Below, in pieces: positions 12,880 to 23,620 of a stretch of 41,646 bases of DNA (position 1 is the first letter of the stretch; every line of letters begins with the position of its first letter). Both the position numbers and the translations under genes were made by a program. The notes beneath the pieces were generated by a model, which ran no database searches, was not told the DNA's origin, and saw nothing but the letters and a program-made list of their open reading frames with translations. Where the stretch lies: contig NC_057728.1 of NCBI RefSeq assembly GCF_004010195.1, positions 50,622,870 to 50,664,515 on the forward strand. Reading direction: 5' to 3'. Source of the DNA: Chiloscyllium plagiosum. Its lineage: Eukaryota.

Positions 12880-13042
12880 CTGTCCTAATGATGAGACCTT
12901 CAGATGGCATTCTGCAAATGGAGCTTCCAATAGTAGTCGCTTTTCCATCAAGATGTTTCACTTTGTTGAGGTAGCAAACCACCCCATCTATCTTCATTGT
13001 CAAGCCAATATCTGTCACGCTGGGGCTGCTGATTGCTTAGTG
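12880..13042 (+). CDS. ZP-module protein, second ZP-C exon
   Basis: ttccatttag|C..GTG|gtaagt; (G)CPNDETFRWHSANGASNSSRFSIKMFHFVEVANHPIYLHCQANICHAGAADCLV with the GCP.D, RFS..MF.F and YLHC motifs; phase 2 to phase 0. Confidence 0.95.
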
Positions 13043-14044
13043 GTAAGTTAATTCTTTTAAATGTATTCTACAAAATGGTAAACAAGCTTAAAATTGTGAA
13101 ATTGCAACTGTTTTCAATGGTCAGGGCACAGTTAAGATAATTGACTTTTTTTTTTAAAAAACAACCCTTTTTTTTTAAACATTGTTATTTGGAATGCACT
13201 GGCTAGTTGTAACAATAGTTGCCTCCAAAAGGGAACAGGATAAATATTTATAAGGAGAAAAGATTGCAGGAATATGTTGAAAGAGATGGGCAAGTGATGC
13301 TAATGGGATTGTTCTTGAAAAGAGCCAGCATAGACCTGATGGACTGAATGATCTCATTCCAAGCTTTTTTTTGCTATTTTCATGTTATTGCCCTTTCCAA
13401 ACAAAGGCCCTGGGAAGTCTTCTGTTTTGTCCATATACAAGTGGAGCATTGCTAAACCATTTTTGTCTTGGACTCATCAAGGCCATTCACAGAAAACACC
13501 AATGTAAAGGGAAAACCGCATTTATAATGTAAAAGGAAAATGCTGACTGTTAAGAGAGGTTGCTAAGGAGTGTGCACCAGATAATGATGACTGACCGTTT
13601 ACTGTCAGTCAGGTTTAGTGTGGGGCACTTGCATGCATTGGAAATGACACTTAATACACAGGGACTTTTTTTTTGTAGATTACACACTCCTCTCAACTCA
13701 ACAAAGTAAGTGACAGCTATTCTGTTTCATTGATAAAGATATTATCCTGAGAAATCAACCAACCAACCAACCTGGTTTAAAATTTAAACAAATTTTAGCA
13801 GTTAACAGTCAATCGTCTAACTAGTGCATTCTTCATGACAACGCATCTACCAGAGTCCATTTGCCAACCAGTCTCAATCTCCTCTTGTACAGTTAAAATA
13901 TTGTTTACCCTTCACTTTGGTATTTCATGCAACTTCTGGAGTGCAAATCAACAAGTGTCCAAAAAAATTTTGTTTTCAGCATCACTTTAGTTTTTTTGGA
14001 AGTACAGAGCTTTTAATAACTGGAGCATTCTCTCCCTCTGGAAG

Positions 14045-14198
14045 GAATGTTCCGCTGAGCAGATTCTTAAAAGACTAAGACGGGATGTATTGGCAACAGG
14101 CTCTAAGCCAGTGAATGGGATTGTCTCTGTTGGACCCATTGACCTGTGGAGTACAACTGAAAGTGGGGCTTTAGAGCTGGGAGCTGCAGCAACAAACT
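14045..14198 (+). CDS. ZP-module protein, Cys8/furin site/EHP exon (not in the ORF track)
   Basis: ctctccctctggaag|GAA..T|gtaagt; ECSAEQILKRLRRDVLATGSKPVNGIVSVGPIDLWSTTESGALELGAAATN; RLRR furin site and VSVGPI external hydrophobic patch; phase 0 to phase 1. Confidence 0.9.
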
Positions 14199-14465
14199 GT
14201 AAGTACCAAGGAATAAATCAAGATTACACTGTGTAGTAAAGCTCCAATTGCACAAAATTAAATTTGTTTGCTACAAGCTTGCAAAACTGGAATTTATAAA
14301 AAAAAATGTTTTGAATGAGAATTGAGATTTAATGCAAAACGTTTTAAGATTGTATTTGAAGGAGTCTGAAATGATAGAGAAGAAATATTGCAAATTCACT
14401 TAATGCTGCTCCTTATGAATTGAAGGAGCCAGTATTGGACTGAGGTGGACAAAGTTTAAAAATCA

Positions 14466-14660
14466 AAAAAGCACAGCAGGTCAGGTAGCATCCAAGGAGC
14501 AGGAGAATCAACGTTTCGGGGAAGTGCCTTTAACAAATTTCTGATGAAAGGCTTATGCCCGAAACATCGATTCTCCTCCTTGGATGCTGCCTGACCTGCT
14601 GTGCTTTTCCAGCGCCACGTTCTCAACTCTGATCTCCAGCATTTGCAGTCCTCACTTCCT
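14466..14660. mobile_element. Family A fold-back insertion nested in the family B terminal repeat
   Basis: caaagtttaaaa duplicated at 14450-14461 and 14661-14672; inverted arms; CTGATGA..GAAAC-ATC at 14541-14568. Confidence 0.8.
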
Positions 14661-14924
14661 CAAAGTTTAAAAGTCACAACACCAGGTTATAGTCCAACAA
14701 GTTTATTTGGAAGCACTAGCTTTCGAAGTACTGCTCCTTCTTCAGGTGGTTGTGGAGAGTAAGACCATAAGACACAGAAATTATAGCTATAGGAGTCATG
14801 GAGATGTAATGATACATTAAACTATTTTAGATTCAGTCTTTCTTGTTTTAAACTGGGATGTGCTGGTTTCTGTTCATTGATATGCAAATCCCAGAACTCC
14901 TTTTTAAATTACTTTCTCAAGATA

Positions 14925-15117
14925 TAGAGTCATAGAGATGTACAGCACGGAAACAGACCCTTCTGTCCAACCCGTCCATGCCGACCAGATATCCCAACCC
15001 AATCTAATCCCACCTGCCAGCACTGGGCCCATATCCTTCTAAACCCTTCCTATTCATATACCCATCCAAATGCCTTTTAAATGTTGCAATTGTACCAGCC
15101 TCTACCACTTCCTCTGC
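14925..15117 (-). mobile_element. CR1 LINE extreme 3' end nested in the Penelope element
   Basis: Near-identical to 25-215; interrupts sequence that is contiguous in the sister copy at about 36180-36240. Confidence 0.85.
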
Positions 15118-17259
15118 CATCTCAGCTCAGACAATGCATTAAGGTGTGAGGTCTGTCTGTCTCCCAATATTGAGTCAAGCTGATTCTATTTCGAAAGTGG
15201 GATTTAGAGTTTTACATGAATTCATGCAGTTTTTGAGCAAAATAAAATGTCATTCTGCAAAAACAAATTCTTCCCATAAACTGGTATGTGTGCGTGTGTA
15301 GGAAAGACAATGAGTGGGTGTGAGTTCATGTGATCGTGTGTGTAAGCTTGGTTAGGTGAGAGTGTGATGGGGTATAAGCCTGTGAGTGGGTGTGTGCATG
15401 GGTGAGAGCATGGAGGGTGTATCTGTGTGTGTGTAAGATAGAGAGCTTGTGTACGAGAGGGTCCTTGTGGGTGTGCGAGTATGTAGGAGTGCATGTGAGA
15501 GTATATAGTACACTGGGCCACGTGTAGTATGACATGAATTCGAGGTCCTGGTTGAGGCCATTTCCTTGGGTACCGAACTTGGCGTTCGGCCTCTGCACAT
15601 GCACACCTCATCATTGCTTGTCCATCAGTCCACCTCGGAGGATGGTCACCCAAAGGTCTGAGGCCGAATGTCCTGGACCGCTTAAGTGTTCCCCGACTGG
15701 GAGGGAACACCCCGTCTGGTGATTTTGTTGTGCAGTGTCCTTTCATCTGTTGTCATAGCGTCTGCTTGGTCTTGCCGATGTACCATGCCTCAGGGCATCC
15801 TTGCCTGCAATGTGTGAGATAGACAACATTGGCCGAGTCACACTAGTACTCGCAGCGTACATCGTGGAGGTGTCCCCACGTGTACTAGTGGTATCTGTGT
15901 TGACGCTCCTTATGAAGAAAGAGGTTCTGAAAGGAATGGAGATCCAAGATGGTGGTTTGATTATGAAAAGTTGCAAGTGATGAAGAAATCACAGATTCGA
16001 AGATTGCTGCACAAGTAGATCAGTTGGCTCATTCTGCCAGAATAGACTTTTTTTTTGAAAAAGCAGTTGTCCTAGAATCAGTATCATTGAATTGTGGTAA
16101 AGGAGGTATCTATTGAACCCATTGTGTTGGTATAGCTTTCAGAATGGGCATAACTTTTGTGTCATTCTCCTGCCTCTATGTAATCCTCCATGATTGTTCC
16201 CACTTCAATCATCTTATGCCCTCTTGAATGCCTCTAATGAATCTGCCTCTGCCACATTTCCAGTCTGAGGACATGCTCATTTTTTTTTCACTGTCATGTT
16301 TGGTTTTATTTCAGACTTACTTAAATATTTTTAATCAACCTGTCAAGACATTGTTTAAAAAAGAAATCCCTGGACTAAGTAGGACTTTAATACTGGTCTC
16401 CTGGCCCTGAGAGAGGGGCACTGTCACTGCCACAAGACCTCCCTGCTGAAAATTGCTTGGATCTTTTCTAATTGACTGTTCAGAGATGTTATTACACACC
16501 ACCTGCAGTAGGTGGGCTTGAAACCAGGGCTCCCAGACCCAGAGGAAGGGACACTACTGCTGCACCATAAGAGCCCCTGCTGTAAATTTAGTTCTAGAGA
16601 CCTAACCATCGGCAGCACCTCAGATACTGAACAGCCCATTTCCAAATGCAGCAAGATCTGGATTATAATCAGGTTTGGGCTGATGCAAGTAATAATAGTG
16701 CCACACAAGTGTCAGGCAATGACCCCTCTAACCATCACCCCTTGATATTCATTTGCTGATCAACATTCTGGGGTTACCATTGACCAGAAACTGAACTAGA
16801 CTAGCCTTCTAAAAACTGGCCAAAAGAGCAAAATAGAAGCAAGGAATCCTGCAGTGAGTAACTTGCCTGCTGATTCATCAAACCCTAACTACCATCAACA
16901 AAGCACAAGTCAGGAGTGTAATGGAATACTTGCCACTTGCCTGGATGAGTGCAGCTCCAAGAAGCTTGGCACCATCCAAGACACAGCAATACGTTTGTTT
17001 GAAACCACATCCAATCCCTCCTTCACTGATGCACAGAGTATACGATCCGCAAAATGCGCTGCAGAAATACATCACAGCTCCTTAGAAAGCATCTTCTAAA
17101 TCAATGACTATCAACTAGAAGGGCAAAGGCAGCAAATATGTGGGAATTCCACCACCTGTAAGTTCCCCTCTAAGCCATTCACCATCCTGATTTTGGAAAC
17201 TCTTTACTGTTTTCTTCAGTATTACTTTGGTTCTCCATCTTTGAACTCCATCCCTAATG

Positions 17260-18187
17260 GGTCAATGGGCTGAAAAATGGCAGATGATATTCAATCTGGA
17301 TAAATGCTAGGTATTGCATTTTGGTACAGCAAACAGGTAAGACGTATATGATTAATGGCAGGGCCTTGGGTTGTGTTGTGGAACAGAGAGACATAATTCA
17401 GATACATAATTCTTGGACAAACTGGGTCACACATAGATAGGATGGTTAAGAAGGTGTTTGGCATGTTTGCCTTCATTGTTCAGTTCTTTAGGAGTTGGGG
17501 AAGTCATGTTGTGGTTGTACAAGGCGTTGGTGAGGCCTCTTGTGGAGGCCAGAAATATCTCCATTTCTGATTGTCCAGTTATAGGAAGGATATTATTAAG
17601 CTGGAGAAGGCTCAGATTTACCTGGATGTAGCTGGGTTTGAAAGGTTTGAGTTATAACGAATGGCTGGGACTTAGTTCACTGGAGTGTAGGAAGTTTTGA
17701 GGTGACCTTTTTATAAAATCATGAGGGATATAGCAAGGGTTAATGGATCTTGTCTTCTACCTAAGATTGGGAATATCAAGACTAGAAGGCATATTTTTAA
17801 GGTGAGGGGAGAGAGATTTTAAAGTTGTGAGGGTCAACTTTTTTGTTTAAACTGTGGTTCATGTGTGGAATAGACTTCTGAGGAAGTGATGGATGTGGTA
17901 CAATTTATATCGTTTAAAAGACATTTGGATAAGTATATGAATAGGAAATGATTTGGAGGTGCCGGTGTTGGACTGGGGTTACAAAGTTAAAAATCGCACA
18001 ACACCAGGTTATAGTCCAACAAGTTTATTTGGAAGCACTAGCTTTCGGAGTGCTGCTCCTTCATCAGGTGGTTGTGAATGCATAGGAAAGGTTTGGAGGG
18101 ATATGGGCCAGGTACAGGCATGTGGGACTAGTTTAGTTTAGGTTTAGGATTATGTTTCTGTTTCTGTGCTGTATGAATCTGACTCTG
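17260..18187 (+). mobile_element. CR1 LINE 3' fragment
   Basis: Homologous to the 25-672 family in the opposite orientation (tcaagactagaaggcat..aaggtgagg..tttaaaagacatttggat); itself inserted in an older LINE at about 16600-18300. Confidence 0.75.
17949..18077 (-). mobile_element. Solo Penelope family B terminal repeat with intact minimal hammerhead
   Basis: Reverse complement reads cac-CTGATGA-a-ggag-cagca-ctcc-GAAA-g-CTA-gtg (18036-18070); TSD atgaataggaaa / atgcataggaaa at 17937-17948 and 18078-18089. Confidence 0.85.
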
Positions 18188-20228
18188 ACATGGAATCCAG
18201 CGGTTCAAGATGGCAGGTCTCCACCACCTTTTAAGAGCAACCAAGAATGAGCAATGAATGCTGGCTCAACTATCAACATCATATCCCATGAATTAATCTT
18301 TTTTTTAAAAAAAAAAGCTTTAAATTTGTTACCTCTTATCCCTATGTAAGATTCATTTTATATTTAAATTTGTCCTTGGTCCCATACCCTCACTTGTTTT
18401 TGTTGGTGATTCTGTCAGCTGATCAACCTGTGCCTGTCCCAAACTATTTATCAGCTTCCACTGCCTTTTTCAGGTGGCAAATTCCAGATTTTGACAACTC
18501 TATATTTCAATATTACAAGCTGATTGGTAACAGTTTACTCACTAATTAAGCTGCCCTGAATAGCTGAATTATAAGATTAATGCAGGAGATTTAGAAAAGT
18601 GCATAACCAATTCTTATATGGAGAGAAATGACATTCAGCACAGTTTGTGATGGAAGCAAAGACCATGACACCACATGATCTGGAGCTGCCTCAACAATGA
18701 CTACTTTTGTAGCCTCTTCTGTCATAACAATGGAGATTCTATAGCATAGAAGGAAGCCATTCAGCTCATCATGTCTGCACTGGCTTGCCAACAAATGTTA
18801 TGACTTGGTGCCATTCTTTTGCTCTTCCCTTGTAACTTTACACGCTGTGTCAACTCAAATATTCATCCAATGCTCTCTTGAATACCTCCAATTGACTTTG
18901 CTTCCTCCACACTTGAAGATTGTATTATAGGTTGTGTGTGGGGGAGGGCACCTCATCACATTTGCAAATCATCTTTTAAATCTGTATCCTCCCATTCTCC
19001 ATCTTTTGAATTACTCCCTCTCTATCCAGACTGTTGTAAGTACAGTGGGCTGTCATGAAGTCTGATCACATGACACAAATAATATCATTGGCTTTCGATG
19101 GACAAACAGCTCTCTCTAACCTTGCTGCCTGTAGTGAACACCTCCATAATAAATCTCCTGGTCTGTCTTGGAACTTAACACAGACCCCTCATGATTTTGA
19201 CAATGGCTATCATATTGCCTCAGCTACCTTCTCTCCAATAACGGAAGTCTCAATCTATCCTCAAGTGAAGTTTCTCACCCTTAGAACCATTCCTGTAAAT
19301 CTCTTCAGTCTCCAATGATATACACTGTAATCCAGGTGATTTCTCAGAAGTGTTTTGTACATTTCACCAGAAACCTAGCATGCTCTATACTTTATTAACT
19401 GCTCTCCACCTAACATGTCACCCTCTGGGATCTGTGCACCCAGATCCCTCTGCTCTTGCACCCCATTTTACTTTTTTTTTGTCTGCATGCACATGTCAAA
19501 ATATGTCCCCTCATTTTTAAAGGAACAACCAAAAGTGCATCATGAAGCAAAATTGGAGATGGGGGCACATAAAATAACATTAGGGCAAATGGCCAAATAT
19601 TTGGTCATCGAAGGAAATTTTAAAGAATGCCTTAATGAATGAACATCCAGAAATGCAGACTTAATAAGTGCATAACAAAGAAGCAATGGGAATTTTAAAA
19701 GGAAGACATCAATATTACAAGAGCTTTCATAATCTCAAACACATCTTAAGAGTAAGGTGGGAAATGCACCGTCAGTCACCACAGCACATTCTTATAAACA
19801 GCAATCTGACAATGACCAAATACGCTGACTTTTGTTTTAAAGAATAATTATTGACTAGGACTCTATACAGACCACCCTCTCCAGTAAAACAGCATTTCAC
19901 AATGGGATTTATCTGCAGAGGAGGCACCTTGTTTAATATTTCACCTCTAACAGTGCAATGCTTCTCTCTGTACTACACTGGAGTATTCATTTAGATTTTT
20001 TGTGCTCAAATCCTTCAAGTTGAACTTGAACAAAATCTTTTTTGACTTTGTAAGAAAGCTACCCACTAAGCCATGTTTTATGTTAGCTGCTCTTACTGAC
20101 AACATTCATGTTGAATAATGAGCTAAAGAGCAGTTTACTTTTGTCTATGAAAAATGCCATTTTTGGGGACTTGTTCATGTGGCTGTTAAGCTAATATGTT
20201 TATTCTCTTTCTTTCTTTTTGTCTATAG

Positions 20229-20362
20229 GGCGAGACTTGAAAGTACTCCTTTCGTTAGCTGGTGGGATAATAGGAATGATGCTGCTGATGCTTGCAGTTG
20301 CTTTAATGAAACAGATTATAATTCAAAAAACACGGTCCAGAATTGCTCATTGCTTGATTTGA
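20229..20362 (+). CDS. ZP-module protein, terminal exon (transmembrane helix and cytoplasmic tail)
   Basis: ctttttgtctatag|GG; phase 1 gives WRDLKVLLSLAGGIIGMMLLMLAVALMKQIIIQKTRSRIAHCLI*, stop TGA at 20360-20362; this frame differs from the listed ORF. Confidence 0.9.
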
Positions 20363-20451
20363 ATGACTGGCAATTTCTGCTGTTTTAAAAGCAGCTCTTG
20401 GAACCTCAACCTGTTTAAATTTGGATCTACATATCTATAATGCTGTGTTAA

Positions 20452-20457
20452 AATAAA
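20452..20457 (+). terminator. Polyadenylation signal of the ZP gene
   Basis: AATAAA about 90 nt after the stop, followed by a GT/T-rich downstream element (tgtgcttttctgtattgtgtgttt). Confidence 0.75.
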
Positions 20458-21726
20458 GGAGAATGGATTGTGCTTTTCTGTATTGTGTGTTTCCTGCCAA
20501 CTATGTATGTGAATCTGGGCTTTACCTAAAAAGTAGTGTATTTCTGGTGGAAAAGTCAGAAATAACTTGCAACGTTTTTTGTTCTATACCTGGCAACCAT
20601 CTTTTATGCATGCTATAATAGCTATCTCAAAGCTTCAAAATTCTGGGTTCAAATCCCATTCCAGCAAAAACATAGTAAAACTGGTAGTGCTGAGCTAAGG
20701 GAGTGCTGTGCTGTGCTGTTTGAGGTGCTGTACTGCAGAAGAGATGTTAAATCTCTGATCTGAAAGGGAAGAGAATCTGCTATTTTTATCCAGTCTGATC
20801 TACATGTGACTCCAGATCCACAGCAATGTTATTGACTCTTAACCGTTCTCTGGGCAATTAGGGTTAGGTAATAAATGTTAGCCCAGCCAATGACCCCCAA
20901 ATCCTGTGAAGTACTAAATTTCTCTCGCTCTAAATGATGAAGACCAAGGGACCTGGCCAATATTTATCTCTCTATATATTTGGTCGCTGGAGATCACTGA
21001 TCTCTGTTGCAAGATATCACTGCAGATGTTCCTCAGGATAGTGTTCTGGTCCAGGCATCTTCAGCTGCTTTATTGATGACATTCCTTCCATCATAATGGG
21101 AAAAAATGATGATATGCACAATGACATTCCATGTTTAGCAGCATTTCTGGCTCCTCAAGTACTAAAACAATCCATTGCCAAATGTGGCAAGATCTGGACA
21201 ATAGCCAGGCTTGAGGTGACAAGTCACATTGCCTGCATGGCATGAACAACAATCTTCAACAAAAAAATCCAACTATCACCTTTTTGACATTGGGTGGAAT
21301 TTACCAGAGCTGCCCTCCTAGCTATCAACCCTAAGGCTGTCATCCAGAAAATGAACTGGTGCAAATGGAGGAACCGGTTTAGTGGGGAAGAGTTGGTGAA
21401 AGATTGGGTTCTTTTGGGATGGGATGGAAGGTGGAGAATGGTGAATAGTGGCTCCAGAGTGGGGGAGGGGGGGGGGGGGTGGTGTTTTATTGAAGCATGG
21501 ACCAGGTTGCTGAGCAGGTTGGGTCTGCAGTGAGTGGGGGATGGGAGTGTTGAGTCCTGCTGGAATTGGAGTGGAGTGAAGTAGTGAGAAAACTATAGGT
21601 GTAGGACCATAAATGGGTCATTCAGGGCATTGAATTTGCACTGCCTTTTCAATTGTGGTTGTCAACCCCATTCTCATGTCTTCTCTCTAACTCTTGATCC
21701 CCTCTTAGTAATCAAGAACACATTTA

Positions 21727-21938
21727 TAATAAATCAAAGAACTGCTGATGGAGATCGAACACAAAAACAGATTGCTGGGGAAGCTCTGGTCTAGCAGCAT
21801 CTGTGGGAAGGAAGCCGTGATAAGCATTTAGAGTCCAGTGTCTCTTCTTTAGAACTATAATTGGGCTCAACATTAACTCTGTTATCTTCCCACAGATGCT
21901 GCCAGGCCAGCTGATTTGCTCCAGCAAGTTTTATTTTT
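21727..21938. mobile_element. Degenerate family C-related fold-back insertion
   Basis: Inverted arms (gcagcatctgtgggaag / cttcccacagatgctgc); flanks aagaacacattta and aagaacatatcta. Confidence 0.6.
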
Positions 21939-22498
21939 AAGAACATATCTAGTTGTCTTGACACTGAATGACTTGGTCTGTACAACCTTCTTTGGCTGTA
22001 AGTTCCACAGATTCTCCATCCCCCAGCTGACTAAATTCCCCCTCATCTGAAATGAAGGGACAACCCTTGAGATCTGAGGTTATAGGTTACATGACAACCC
22101 TTTAGAATGGAGGCTATACCCTCAGGTCCTAGTCATCTCCACTTCCACTCTATCCTGGGCTCTCAATATTCTAAGTTTAAATGAGATCCTTTAGCCTCCA
22201 TTAAAGACGCAGAATCCTCATGTTCCTCGTATGTAAAGCCCTTCTTTCCTGGGACCATTTTTGTGTACCTCCTCGAGACCTCATCCACTCTTGGGTATGA
22301 GGCCCAAAACCACCCACCCCCCTCCCAATTCTTCCAAATGTAGTTTGAACAAAGGTTTTTACAGCCTCAATAGTACATCCCTGCTCTTCTGTTCTAGTTC
22401 TCTCAAAATGAATTAACGTTATATTTGCCTTCCTAACTGGCAATTGAATGTTCGTGTTAACCTTAAGAGAATCCTGAACTAGAACTACTAAGGCTTCC

Positions 22499-22587
22499 GG
22501 GAGAAAGTGAGGACTGCAGATGCTGGAGATCAGAGCTGAAAATGTGTTGCTGGAAAAGTGCGCTTTTCCAGCAACACATTTTCAGCT
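22499..22587. mobile_element. Minimal family A fold-back insertion
   Basis: 27-bp arms 22534-22560 and 22561-22587 with no spacer; 14-bp TSD ctactaaggcttcc at 22485-22498 and 22586-22599. Confidence 0.85.
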
Positions 22588-22949
22588 ACTAAGGCTTCCA
22601 AAGACTTACCCATTTAGAAAGTAGACCATGTTTCTATCCTTCCTACCAAAATGCATAACCTTTCCCATGTTGTAGTCCATCTGCCACTTCTTTGGACTAT
22701 GGAGGAGGTGGGGAGTCATCAACCTGGAACCTTTGCTGTGGAAGTGCCTGGGTTGGGCTGGGTTGACAAAGTTTAAAAATTACAGAACACAAAAGTCACA
22801 CCAAACCAGCTTTTACCTCCAAAAGGTTTATTTGAAAATACAAGCTTGGAGCCTTCCTCAGGTAGCTAGTTGGGCAAACCTTTTGCACTATAAAGCTGGT
22901 GTTGCATGACTTTTTTTCACCTGTAAACTTGTGCAGGAGCAAGAGGGAA

Positions 22950-23620
22950 AGGAGGGGTGTGGCTGGGGGGGTGGTGGTACATTAGCGGTGGGCCGAACGA
23001 TCGGGGGCACCCGGTGAATGGGCGGGGCATGGTTGGGGGCGTGGCGGTGGGTGGGCCAAAGGGGGACGGGGAATTGCGGAGGGGTGTGCGGCAGTGAGCG
23101 GGCAGCAAGGGGGCGGGGCATTGCAGAGGTGCCTAAAAATGGGCGGACCGAAAACGGGGAGGCGGGATCTCGCTGAGGGGGCAGGGTCTGAGTGAAGGGG
23201 CGGGGCCTCGCCGAAGGGGCGTGTCAGAGGGGATGTTCGCTCGAAACGTCACAGCCACACGCCCCACCCCCCCCTCCGCGAAAACATCCGGCGGAGGTCG
23301 CGTTGTCCGGGTAACCGTCGAGCGAGAAGCGGTTGGTTTGTCGCTCGGAGCCGGGCCTGGGCCTGGGCCCATGCCCCTCCCCCTCGCGGCCCCAGCTGGG
23401 GTAGGGGGCGGGGAGCCGGTATCCCGGCCTGGCGGAGCGCCAATCGGACAGAGAGGCGGAGCCCGGGGTGAGTGATTGAGCGTATTCTCCAAAGTGGGAG
23501 AGCCTCTCCTCAGGAGTTCCCAGGCACAGGGCGGACGGGTGGGGGCTGGGGATGGTGCCCAAAGTGGACTCGATCTACCAGGAGCAGCCACTGTCCTCTC
23601 TCTCTCCCCCCCCCCCCACT
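22950..23620 (+). promoter_or_regulatory. PARP11: CpG island, probable promoter and first exon of PARP11
   Basis: Only extended GC/CpG-rich non-repeat stretch in the window; multiple GGGCGG boxes; CCAAT at 23440; candidate donor GGG|gtgagt at 23467/23468; about 4 kb upstream of the first coding exon. Confidence 0.75.

Larger units (their letters stand above)
14420..15904 (-). mobile_element. 5'-truncated Penelope-like element, family B, with GIY-YIG remnant and two nested insertions
   Basis: 12-bp TSD gctccttatgaa at 14408-14419 and 15905-15916; minus-strand GIY-YIG C-terminal remnant (..KFGTQGNGLNQDLEFMSYY); degenerate hammerhead at 14714-14748; (GT)-rich spacer. Confidence 0.85.

Noticed and set aside
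15222..15746. His/Thr-rich ORFs (also 36259-36705)
   Set aside because: Translations of the (CA)-rich spacer of Penelope family B.
20348..20362. C-terminal HCLI as a CaaX prenylation motif
   Set aside because: Cys is third from the end, not fourth.
20179..20388. Listed ORF overlapping the last ZP exon
   Set aside because: Wrong frame; the phase-1 splice gives the transmembrane frame ending at 20362.
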